Source: Bacteroidales bacterium (lineage in GTDB: Bacteria; Bacteroidota; Bacteroidia; Bacteroidales; UBA7960). Taken from it: 64,000 nt of DNA. Both the position numbers and the translations under genes were made by a program. This document shows positions 1 through 7,700 of the stretch, piece after piece. Numbering within the stretch: position 1 is the first letter of the stretch; each line of letters opens with the position of its first letter. The stretch spans positions 30,689 through 94,688 of the forward strand of contig JAHYJD010000003.1 in assembly GCA_019429365.1 (NCBI GenBank), in the 5' to 3' direction. The notes under the pieces were generated by a model that made no database searches, had not been told where the DNA came from, and worked only from the letters and a program-made list of their open reading frames with translations.

Positions 1-435
1 AAGCTCAGGGATGAGCTTGAAAAACTAAAGTCCGTTGAGCGGCCAGCAATCTCGCAACAGATTGCCGAGGCCCGTGAAAAAGGCGATCTTTCGGAGAATG
101 CCGAGTATGATGCTGCCAAAAACGCACAGGGTATGCTCGAGCTTCGCATTTCCAAGCTCGAGAAAGTGCTCAGCAATGCCCGGGTAATTGACGAAAGCCA
201 GATCGACGAAAGCAAAGTTTCCATTCTTTCAAGGGTTAAACTGAAAAACCTTAAAAACAAAGCAGAAATGTCGTATACCCTGGTGCCCGAAAATGAGGCC
301 GATATAAAAAACGGTAAGATATCGGTAAGCTCGCCCGTGGCCAGAGGTTTGCTGGGCAAAACCATTGGCGATGTGGTCGACATCAATGTGCCGGCTGGCG
401 TGTTGTCGTTTGAAGTAATGGATATTTCACGATAG
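1..435 (+). CDS. greA: Transcription elongation factor GreA, C-terminal part (5' end outside window)
   Basis: Frame 1 is open from nt 1 (KLRDELEKLKSVERPAISQQIAEAREKGDLSENAEYDAAK...). It carries the GreA coiled-coil signature DLSENAEYxAAK and the C-terminal domain (SPVARGLLGKTIGDVV). Stop at 433-435. Confidence 0.9.
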   Translation, partial: KLRDELEKLKSVERPAISQQIAEAREKGDLSENAEYDAAKNAQGMLELRISKLEKVLSNARVIDESQIDESKVSILSRVKLKNLKNKAEMSYTLVPENEADIKNGKISVSSPVARGLLGKTIGDVVDINVPAGVLSFEVMDISR

Positions 436-457
436 ATATACTGCTTTTTGTTATTTT

Positions 458-496
458 GCCGGATGGTTTTGAAAACAAGCCATCCGGCATTTTTTA
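458..496 (+). terminator. Rho-independent terminator after greA
   Basis: GCCGGATGG (458-466), 13-nt loop, CCATCCGGC (480-488), then ATTTTTTA. Confidence 0.7.
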
Positions 497-497
497 T

Positions 498-505
498 TAA
501 TTTTG
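498..505 (+). promoter_or_regulatory. Candidate Bacteroidota sigma-A -7 box (TAATTTTG)
   Basis: Matches TAnnTTTG. It lies 24 nt upstream of ATG 529, which favours ATG 529 over the TTG at 511 as the HIT start. Confidence 0.4.
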
Positions 506-528
506 GTTAATTGCAAAAACAAACCAAC

Positions 529-924
529 ATGGCAAGTATATTTTCGCGTATTGTAGCCGGCGAGATACCAAGCTATAAAGTGGCAGAAGACGATCGCTTT
601 CTGGCTTTTCTCGACATTAACCCCCTTGCAAAGGGTCACACCCTGGTGATTCCCAAAAAGGAAACCGATAATATTTTTGATATTGACGACGAAGAGTACC
701 AGGGCTTGTTTCTTTTTGCCAAAAAGGTGGCCAAGTCGCTGAAAAAGTGCATCCAGTGCGAAAAGATCGGAATGGCAGTTATCGGGCTTGAAGTGGCGCA
801 CGCGCACATTCACCTGGTGCCCATCAATGGAGTGTATGACATTGATTTTCGTAAGCCCAAGCTTAAGTTAAGCCCTGAAGAGTTTAAAATGATTGCTGAC
901 CGTGTGGCCACCCGAATGGAGTAA
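529..924 (+). CDS. HIT-family (histidine triad) nucleotide-binding protein
   Basis: MASIFSRIVAGEIPSYKV... with the histidine triad HAHIHLVP. The ORF-track start at 511 is a TTG; the ATG is at 529. Confidence 0.85.
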   Translation: MASIFSRIVAGEIPSYKVAEDDRFLAFLDINPLAKGHTLVIPKKETDNIFDIDDEEYQGLFLFAKKVAKSLKKCIQCEKIGMAVIGLEVAHAHIHLVPINGVYDIDFRKPKLKLSPEEFKMIADRVATRME

Positions 925-926
925 GG

Positions 927-1487
927 CTATTTGCTGACTCTGCCGGGGTTATCTGCCATAAAGGCTTTCCAGCCTGTATAGGAGGTTTGCCCTTCGCCGG
1001 AAGCACCCTTGTTCTGAAAAAAATGGCACATGGCTACGGCCAGGGCATCGGTGGTATCGAGATACTTTGGCAGTTCTCCTATGGCAAGAATATTCTGCAA
1101 CATGGCTGCCACCTGTTCTTTTGAGGCGCTGCCTTTGCCGGTGATGGACTGTTTGATCTTGCGGGGCGAATATTCAAACACGGGGATGTCGCGATAAAGC
1201 GCTGCCGCAATAGCTACTCCCTGGGCACGCCCCAGCTTGAGCATTGACTGCACGTTTTTTCCGAAAAAAGCGCTCTCAATGGCCAACTCGTCAGGTTTGA
1301 AATGATCAATGTTGCGCAGCACCGTTTCGAAGATTTTTTTCAACTTCAACGGTTGATTGGCGAGTTTATCAAGTTTTAAAATATCCATGGCAATGACCTC
1401 GGCTTTTTGCTTCTTAATGCCCACAACGCCAACACCCATATTGTTGGTACCCGGGTCAATGCCTAAAATAATTCTGTCGTAATCCAA
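927..1487 (-). CDS. ruvC: Crossover junction endodeoxyribonuclease RuvC
   Basis: N-terminus RIILGIDPGTNNMGVGVV and overall RuvC-like sequence, 186 aa. The start codon is TTG. Confidence 0.85.
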   Translation of the reverse strand: MDYDRIILGIDPGTNNMGVGVVGIKKQKAEVIAMDILKLDKLANQPLKLKKIFETVLRNIDHFKPDELAIESAFFGKNVQSMLKLGRAQGVAIAAALYRDIPVFEYSPRKIKQSITGKGSASKEQVAAMLQNILAIGELPKYLDTTDALAVAMCHFFQNKGASGEGQTSYTGWKAFMADNPGRVSK

Positions 1488-1495
1488 TTTTAAAA

Positions 1496-2518
1496 ATGTT
1501 TATAGATAGCCACCCCACCAAGGGCAAAACAAAAGTACAGAAAATATTTTGGGTGTTTATCCGCTTTGTGATTCCCCTGGCAGCCCTGGGATATATTATT
1601 TATTCACTTAGAAAGATTCCTGCAGATCAGGTTTTGTATTGGCAGCAAACGGTTTCATGGTCATATGTGTCGGTACTTATTATTGCTGTTGTGCTGGCAC
1701 TTACGGCTGTCAACTGGTTGCTGGAGGCCCTCAAATGGCAAAAGCTGGCCCGGCGTTTTGAGCCGGTTAGCCTCAAGCAAGCCTATGCCGGAGTGCTTTT
1801 TGGAATCAGTCTTGGCATGATTACGCCGCGGCGTTCAGGCGAGTTTGCCGGAAGGGTGGTGGTGCTGAAACCTGAGAATCAGGTTAGAGGTATGGTAATA
1901 AATACGGCCGGAAGTTTTACCCAGTTTCTGATAACCTTACTGTTTGGCCATGTGGGCGTTGCTTTGGCCTTGCTGGGCAAAGCCGGCCAGGTAAATGCTT
2001 CGCGCGAAGGCCAACTGCTGCTCTATTCGGGCCTGGCACTGGTTCTGGCCGTTTTGCTGGTGCTTTATGCAAAAAGCTTGCTGGGATGGCTGCAGCAGAA
2101 AAGCTGGTTTCCAAAACGCCTGAAGATCATAGAAGTGGTTATGACCCTGACCAAAAAAGAAATGGCCGTTTTGTTCTCGCTCAGTGCACTGCGTTACTTT
2201 ATTTTCATTACGCAGTTTCATTTGTTGTTGACTTTGTTTGGCATTCAACTTATGGTTTACGATACCTTTATGGTGTTGAGTATTATTTATCTGATCATGG
2301 TTGGCATACCAGTTTCTGGCCTGGCAGAGGTCGGAATTCGAGGTTCAGTTGCTCTTTTTGTCTTCTCGCTCTATCTTGGCGAAAAGCTGGCTGGCTTCCC
2401 TGCCATGGAACTCACCATTGTATCAGCTACACTGCTGCTATGGTTTGTCAACCTGGCCCTTCCGGGGATGCTGGGTGCCATTCTCTCGCTCAGCGGAAAA
2501 TTAAAAATGTCTTACTAG
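1496..2518 (+). CDS. Flippase-like / lysylphosphatidylglycerol-synthase-TM-region family membrane protein
   Basis: 340 aa, polytopic and hydrophobic. Resembles the UPF0104 family that often precedes glycosyltransferases. Confidence 0.55.
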   Translation: MFIDSHPTKGKTKVQKIFWVFIRFVIPLAALGYIIYSLRKIPADQVLYWQQTVSWSYVSVLIIAVVLALTAVNWLLEALKWQKLARRFEPVSLKQAYAGVLFGISLGMITPRRSGEFAGRVVVLKPENQVRGMVINTAGSFTQFLITLLFGHVGVALALLGKAGQVNASREGQLLLYSGLALVLAVLLVLYAKSLLGWLQQKSWFPKRLKIIEVVMTLTKKEMAVLFSLSALRYFIFITQFHLLLTLFGIQLMVYDTFMVLSIIYLIMVGIPVSGLAEVGIRGSVALFVFSLYLGEKLAGFPAMELTIVSATLLLWFVNLALPGMLGAILSLSGKLKMSY

Positions 2519-2523
2519 AAATT

Positions 2524-3645
2524 ATGGCTGTTGTTCTGGTTTTTTCTGGGTTTGCGCTTCTGTATGCAGGACTGATTGCCTGGTTCACTTATGGTTGGAT
2601 GCGCCTGCCTGCATTTTGGCACAAAGAGAACAATGATGTTTCTTTTTCAGTGATTATTCCTGTTCGCAACGAAGCCAGTAATATTATGCAGCTGCTTATC
2701 CTGCTTCGCAATCAGGAATACCCAAAAGGGCAGTACGAAGTGATCGTGGTTGATGACCATTCGTCCGATACCACCGCCTCCATAGTAGAACGCAAAATGG
2801 CATCAGGTTTTTTAACCAATGTGCGTTTGCTGAGAGCTGATCAGTTTAAGCGTGAAGCAGGGAAAAAGAACGCCCTGTCTCTGGGAATTGAAAATGCTGC
2901 AAATCCATGGATTGTTACTGTTGATGCCGACTGTATTTTGAACCGGCACTGGCTTCAGAGCATTGCAGGTTTAATTGAGCAGCAGCAGCCTGATATGGTT
3001 GTTGGGCAGGTGTCTGTGATTCCGGCAAAATCGTTGTTTTCGCAAATGCAAGCGCTGGAGTTTATGAGCCTAACCGGAAGCACAGCAGGTGCAGCCTCCA
3101 TCGGGAAACCCATAATGTGCAATGGTGCCAACCTGGCTTTCCGCAAGGATTATTTTGAAAAAGTGGGAGGTTATGCCGGAAATGAAAATTATGCTTCGGG
3201 CGATGATGTGTTTTTGCTGCACAAATTCAAAAAGCTGAAAGGTGCCCGAATTTCCTTTCTGAAAAGCCACGGAGGTTTGGTCTACACCCGTTCTTCAGTT
3301 AACTTGAAGGAGTTTCTGCAGCAGCGAGGCCGTTGGGCCGGCAAGGCCGGCGGTTACCGCGATGGGTTTACCCTTGTCACCGGATTTGTTGTGGCGGGCT
3401 ACAGCCTGATTATTGCAGCAGGCATTATTTGGGGGTTGTTTTTTTCTGTTTCGCTGCTGACGACCGCCCTGATGGCATTGGTTTTCAAGGCCCTGATTGA
3501 TTTCCCGATCATGTTCAGTGTTTCAGGCTTCCTGCGAAAGCGAGAATTGATGTGGCTGTATCCGGCACTCTCGCTGGTGTATCCCTTTTATGTATCCGCT
3601 TCGCTGTTCTATGGTTTCTTCCTGAAGCCTTCGTGGAAAGCATAA
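2524..3645 (+). CDS. Family 2 glycosyltransferase (membrane-bound)
   Basis: ATG at 2524 (MAVVLVFSGFALLY...). GT2 core FSVIIPVRNE...VIVVDDHSSD...TVDADC...ASGDDVFL, plus C-terminal TM helices. The ORF-track start at 2086 overlaps the previous gene by more than 400 nt and is rejected. Confidence 0.8.
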   Translation: MAVVLVFSGFALLYAGLIAWFTYGWMRLPAFWHKENNDVSFSVIIPVRNEASNIMQLLILLRNQEYPKGQYEVIVVDDHSSDTTASIVERKMASGFLTNVRLLRADQFKREAGKKNALSLGIENAANPWIVTVDADCILNRHWLQSIAGLIEQQQPDMVVGQVSVIPAKSLFSQMQALEFMSLTGSTAGAASIGKPIMCNGANLAFRKDYFEKVGGYAGNENYASGDDVFLLHKFKKLKGARISFLKSHGGLVYTRSSVNLKEFLQQRGRWAGKAGGYRDGFTLVTGFVVAGYSLIIAAGIIWGLFFSVSLLTTALMALVFKALIDFPIMFSVSGFLRKRELMWLYPALSLVYPFYVSASLFYGFFLKPSWKA

Positions 3646-3649
3646 GGGC

Positions 3650-5485
3650 TCAGGGCTCTTCATCGGGCTCGGGGGTAGAAATCAGATGAATTTCAACCCG
3701 GCGCTCTTCTTCACTGAATTCCTCGGAGGAGAATTGATCGCCCAGGGCTTCTGCACTCAGCCGGACTGGGTCGATCCCACAGTCCATCAAAAAATTCAGG
3801 ACGGCTTCTGCGCGCCTGCCCGACAAGATCATGTTGTAAATCGGATCGCCGCTTTTGTCGGTATAGCCCGAAATTTTGCTTAAGAGCAGCGGATAGGCCT
3901 CAAGATCAGCCGCCACTTGTTCCAGTGTTTCCTGATGCGACTCCTGCAACGCAGCGCTGTTGAAGGGGAAGGTAAGAATCACCGGATAACGTGCCATTAG
4001 CGAGTCGGGCACCTGCACAAGAACGACATCCGAAACGATTGAAGGCGTTTCAGTTGCTGTCACCACCGGTTCAACGGGCTCTTTAACAGCCTCCTCTTCC
4101 ACGGGCTCTTGTTTGGCCATTGAAACAGGAGTTTTCACGGTCGAAGTTTTTTCCTGTTTTTCTTTTGCAACCTCAAGCGGCTTTTCAACTTTTGTTTCAG
4201 AAAAAACTTCCTCCGTTACAGTTTCAGTTTGCTGTATTTCGGGCTGAACTTCTTCTGCTGTTTCAATTTCTTTTGTTTCTTCAATTTCTTCAATCTCTTC
4301 TTCCTCTTCAACCACTTCCTCCGGTTCCTTTGGTTTTATTTGGGTTTCAGTTGTCACCGCCTTTGCCTCGGTTTGGCTTATTGTTTCTGTTTCTTTTTCA
4401 GAAACTTCCTCTGTAATAATTTCAGTTTCTAATGGGGCAGCTTGTTTGGTTTCAGTAAATACCTCCCCGCGCACAACCTCAACCTCTTTTTCAATGGTTT
4501 CAGTTTTGACACTTTCAGCTGGCTCTGAGGGGCTTTCAGGAGCAACTGTTTCAGATTCCTCTTCGGCCTCCTCTTCAGTGACTTCTTCGGCTTCTTTTGT
4601 GTCTATTACCACTCTTTTTTCAGTTTCAGTAATGCGCTTATCCCGCAGCATTTGGTGCGCAATGTTGATGGTTACCGCTTCGCCTTCACTCACCCTGATC
4701 TGAATCAGCGTATCGGACAATGAAATGTCGATGCGATTTTCTTCGGATTGGGTAGCCGCTCTGCGCAGTATTACCTTTTCTTCTTCAACCACCCTGGGGC
4801 GGATAATGGGCTGGGGAATGCCCTCCAATTCGTCAAAAGGAATCAGCTGATCTTTCGCTTCCGAGCCTGGCAGCACCGGGAAAAAATCTCCTGCATTAAA
4901 CACCGGTCCGCGGTAACTTATTTTCCTGGCTCCAAAATGGTAAGAGAGGCCCAACTGCCATTGCTGGTAAAAATTCAGTTCGGAAAGTTTGCTGCCCTGG
5001 CTGTCGTTAATGGGGTAATACAAACCAGTAGCGATACGTGCAGAGAAGCGGTCGCTCAACCTGAATTTCAGCCCGTGGGTCATGCCGGCGGCAAACTCGT
5101 GGCTGTCAGAAGCATCGGTACGGGTTTCTCCGGCCAGGTAGCCGGCTTCAATGGTGTGAAAAGGTGCCAGGAAGACGCGTTCGCCCAGCAGCCAGCCATT
5201 GTCCCACCGAAAGCCCAGCGTAAGGGCGGCAAAGCCTGCCTTTTTCAGGTCGCCACCAGCCGGCTTTCCGGCAAAGAGGCTGATCCCTGCGCTGAAGCTG
5301 CGGTTGAGGCTGCGCTCCAGGTGAAGGTTGGCGGCAGTGGATTTGAAGTCTTCCGGAAAACCAAAGGCATTGTCGAACCTGAATGTAGATGCTCCGGCTG
5401 AAAGTTTCCAGTTGAAAATGTCGGTTTGCCCTTGCACTTGCCAGATGCTGAGGAATATGGTTAGGGTAAATATTATTTTTTTCAT
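3650..5485 (-). CDS. OmpA-family outer-membrane protein with long polyacidic linker
   Basis: Signal peptide MKKIIFTLTIFLSIWQVQGQ, then a beta-rich N-terminal domain. A Glu/Thr/Val/Lys-rich segment of about 200-250 aa follows. C-terminal OmpA_C peptidoglycan-binding domain (GYTDKSGDPIYNMILSGRRAEAV). Confidence 0.8.
   Translation of the reverse strand: MKKIIFTLTIFLSIWQVQGQTDIFNWKLSAGASTFRFDNAFGFPEDFKSTAANLHLERSLNRSFSAGISLFAGKPAGGDLKKAGFAALTLGFRWDNGWLLGERVFLAPFHTIEAGYLAGETRTDASDSHEFAAGMTHGLKFRLSDRFSARIATGLYYPINDSQGSKLSELNFYQQWQLGLSYHFGARKISYRGPVFNAGDFFPVLPGSEAKDQLIPFDELEGIPQPIIRPRVVEEEKVILRRAATQSEENRIDISLSDTLIQIRVSEGEAVTINIAHQMLRDKRITETEKRVVIDTKEAEEVTEEEAEEESETVAPESPSEPAESVKTETIEKEVEVVRGEVFTETKQAAPLETEIITEEVSEKETETISQTEAKAVTTETQIKPKEPEEVVEEEEEIEEIEETKEIETAEEVQPEIQQTETVTEEVFSETKVEKPLEVAKEKQEKTSTVKTPVSMAKQEPVEEEAVKEPVEPVVTATETPSIVSDVVLVQVPDSLMARYPVILTFPFNSAALQESHQETLEQVAADLEAYPLLLSKISGYTDKSGDPIYNMILSGRRAEAVLNFLMDCGIDPVRLSAEALGDQFSSEEFSEEERRVEIHLISTPEPDEEP
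4050..4650 (-). repeat. Low-complexity coding region (poly-Glu/Thr/Val/Lys linker of the OmpA protein)
   Basis: Runs such as EEVVEEEEEIEEIEETKEIETAEE, plus a degenerate duplication VFTETKQAAPLETE / VFSETKVEKPLEVA. Visible in the DNA as ttc/ctc-rich + strand sequence. Confidence 0.7.
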
Positions 5486-5566
5486 CGCGATGGGTTTTTG
5501 CCAGTTTGTAATTCAATTTTGGGGCAGTTTCGTCCTTTTCTGCGAAAGCGCCCTGGATGAAAAGGA

Positions 5567-6733
5567 TTAACGGCTCAGACCCAGCCAGAGATTGAGTTCG
5601 AGGCTCAGCCCTACAAAGGGCTTAACGAAAATATTGCTGCTGGAGTTGTTGTTCTTTTCTTCCTGCAGGATGGCCATGCCAGCGTTGAATCTCAGGAAGT
5701 AGGCTGTTTTGTAACCGTAGGCCACATAAATGGGGCGCCCGATCAGCGGCCCGGTAATTTCTCGGCCATCGCCAAAATCGAAATTGGTAAGAAAAAGACC
5801 GGCAGAAATGGAGCTGTTGCTGCGGAACTTGCCGGCAAGGGCAGGATTGCCTAAGGGAAATGATATGCCGGCGTAAGGCGCGCTGTCGTAAGATATGTCG
5901 CTGAATCCGCCTTTATTGTAAATACCGCCAAAACCGAAGTTTATGGGAAGTGTGTTGCGGGTGGGCTCGCTGGGGTAGTCGGGAAGCACCCGCGAGTCGG
6001 CCAGCACCAGCAAATCAAATCCAAGGAACTGGTTCACCTCATGCGCACACATTTGCTGAAGGTCTTCGAGGTTTTGCTGAAAGAAAGCCACACGCAGGGC
6101 CATGTCGTCTTCGCCCTCCTTGCTTAAAATATTGAAACGTGCCCGGCGCAGGCTCAGGTCATTTATGCGCTCCAGCTTATTGTAAACAAGGTCGGAAAAG
6201 CCCGGAAATTCGACCCCTATCTTGTTTCGGTAAAGTTCGAGGCCCTTTGATACGATCTGGTCGAGTTCCTGCCGCATTAACCGAGGATGTTTTGCCAGGG
6301 AAACGCTGTTGCGTCCCGAAACCACCGACATGTTAAGGTAAGCATCGATAGCTTCTCTGATCATTATTCCCAAAAGGTTTACCTCTTCGCGCGAGGCTGG
6401 CCTGAAATAGTTGATGCGCAGGGTGTACTGGTTGTTTCCCCTGAGTACATAGTTTACTGGTATGGAAAAGCTTTGCTCCTGGTAATCTGCAGGCTTCCTG
6501 TAATTGGCAGCAAAAAGTGACTTTTTATCAAAATCAGCAGAGCCGTAAAGTACCAGTTCCACCATGTCTATGCCAGCAGGCAGCATGCCGTTGAGCATCC
6601 ACTGGCTCTCGGCGGGCAAGGGCTGGTTCTCGCCCAGCCAGTTTTTTTCGTAATTGTACTGAATGCTCTTAAACTGGGCATTTATTGTTATTACAGGAAA
6701 GAACAGCAGCAAAAGAGTAAGTTTTTTTAGCAT
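5567..6733 (-). CDS. Secreted hypothetical protein (possible OM-associated), upstream of the OmpA gene
   Basis: ATG 6733 gives MLKKLTLLLLFFPVITINAQ, a signal peptide. The C-terminal third is rich in Gly and aromatic residues and looks beta-like. I recognise no family. Confidence 0.5.
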   Translation of the reverse strand: MLKKLTLLLLFFPVITINAQFKSIQYNYEKNWLGENQPLPAESQWMLNGMLPAGIDMVELVLYGSADFDKKSLFAANYRKPADYQEQSFSIPVNYVLRGNNQYTLRINYFRPASREEVNLLGIMIREAIDAYLNMSVVSGRNSVSLAKHPRLMRQELDQIVSKGLELYRNKIGVEFPGFSDLVYNKLERINDLSLRRARFNILSKEGEDDMALRVAFFQQNLEDLQQMCAHEVNQFLGFDLLVLADSRVLPDYPSEPTRNTLPINFGFGGIYNKGGFSDISYDSAPYAGISFPLGNPALAGKFRSNSSISAGLFLTNFDFGDGREITGPLIGRPIYVAYGYKTAYFLRFNAGMAILQEEKNNNSSSNIFVKPFVGLSLELNLWLGLSR

Positions 6734-6871
6734 AGGAGTATGGTTTAAACGTCGGTAAGAAATTTCTGTCAAAGATCAGACAGACGTGATTTATGAATAA
6801 TGATTAAAGAGTCCCTATTGTCTATAAATATACGTAAAATAATTGAATTTCAAGTGGTTTCTGTTGGGAAA

Positions 6872-6911
6872 TATAAAACGAAATAAGCCACTGGCGCATT
6901 ACCAGTGGCTT
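6872..6911 (-). terminator. Rho-independent terminator after the HMA gene
   Basis: Perfect 10-bp stem AAGCCACTGG (6885-6894) / CCAGTGGCTT (6902-6911) with a 7-nt loop. On the minus strand it is followed by a T-rich tract (complement of ATATAAAACGAAAT). Confidence 0.65.
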
Positions 6912-6943
6912 AAAAAGTTAGATATAAACTGCTGCTTTTTGGT

Positions 6944-7516
6944 TTATTTCTGCTTGTCTGTAACGGAGTAGCCGGTATCAACAATGGTGGCAATTATTTC
7001 TTCTTCCGTTAGCCTGGATTTGTCGTAAACCACCTTGGTTTGCATGGCCACATGGTCGGCTTCCACCAATTCTACTCCCTCAAGGCCACCCACCCGCTTT
7101 TCGATGGCATTTTCACATCCGGTACAGGTCATGCCTTCTACCATGAAAATGGTTTCCATGCGGTTTTCGGGGGCGATTTCGATAGCTTGGGGTTCCTTGC
7201 CCATTTTTTCCTCAAGGGTGTTGAGATAAAGGGGCAGGGCAAGTAAAATCACCGCAAAAACGGTAACAATTCCCAGGAACACGACCGGGTTTAACCCGGC
7301 AGGCCTTCTGCGGCCGGTGTCGCGTCCCCTGCGCATAGTCTTGATGTGCTGATACCACAATACCGCAAGCAACAGCAATACCAATACGACGACAAATGGC
7401 CAGAAAGTTATGATACGGTCAATAATTCCCGTTTCAGTAGCAGGAGCCTGACCAAAAGCAAAATTGCCCGCGAAAAACATACTAAAAAACAGACTGAATT
7501 TGGGAAGTTTCTTCAT
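6944..7516 (-). CDS. Membrane-anchored heavy-metal-associated (HMA) domain protein, putative copper chaperone
   Basis: ATG 7516 gives MKKLPKFSLFFSMFFAGNFAFGQ (signal peptide). Two TM helices flank an Arg-rich loop (RRGRDTGRRR). C-terminal HMA fold carries GMTCTGC. Confidence 0.75.
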   Translation of the reverse strand: MKKLPKFSLFFSMFFAGNFAFGQAPATETGIIDRIITFWPFVVVLVLLLLAVLWYQHIKTMRRGRDTGRRRPAGLNPVVFLGIVTVFAVILLALPLYLNTLEEKMGKEPQAIEIAPENRMETIFMVEGMTCTGCENAIEKRVGGLEGVELVEADHVAMQTKVVYDKSRLTEEEIIATIVDTGYSVTDKQK

Positions 7517-7700
7517 GACGTTTTTTTTGTAAATATAGGGTATATTGTGATATGAGCAGAGGTTTTCACTAAAAAGGATTAGAAAAAACAAGTTAAAATT
7601 AACAAGTAATTAAGTAGATAAATACTGAAAATTAAAAAATATTTTTTAACTTTAGTATAGAAAGCGTCAGAAGAATCTTTAACCATTAAAAATCAGCGTC

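Noticed and set aside
2086-2523. N-terminal 146 codons of ORF 2086..3645 (519 aa)
   Set aside because: This part overlaps the flippase-like gene (1496-2518) in another frame and has no GT2 similarity. The GT2 domain begins right after ATG 2524, 6 nt past the upstream stop.
4120-4703. Several + strand ORFs rich in Phe/Leu/Ser (4120..4416, 4229..4432, 4446..4703)
   Set aside because: They are mirror images of the Glu-rich codon runs (GAA/GAG read as TTC/CTC) of the OmpA linker on the minus strand.
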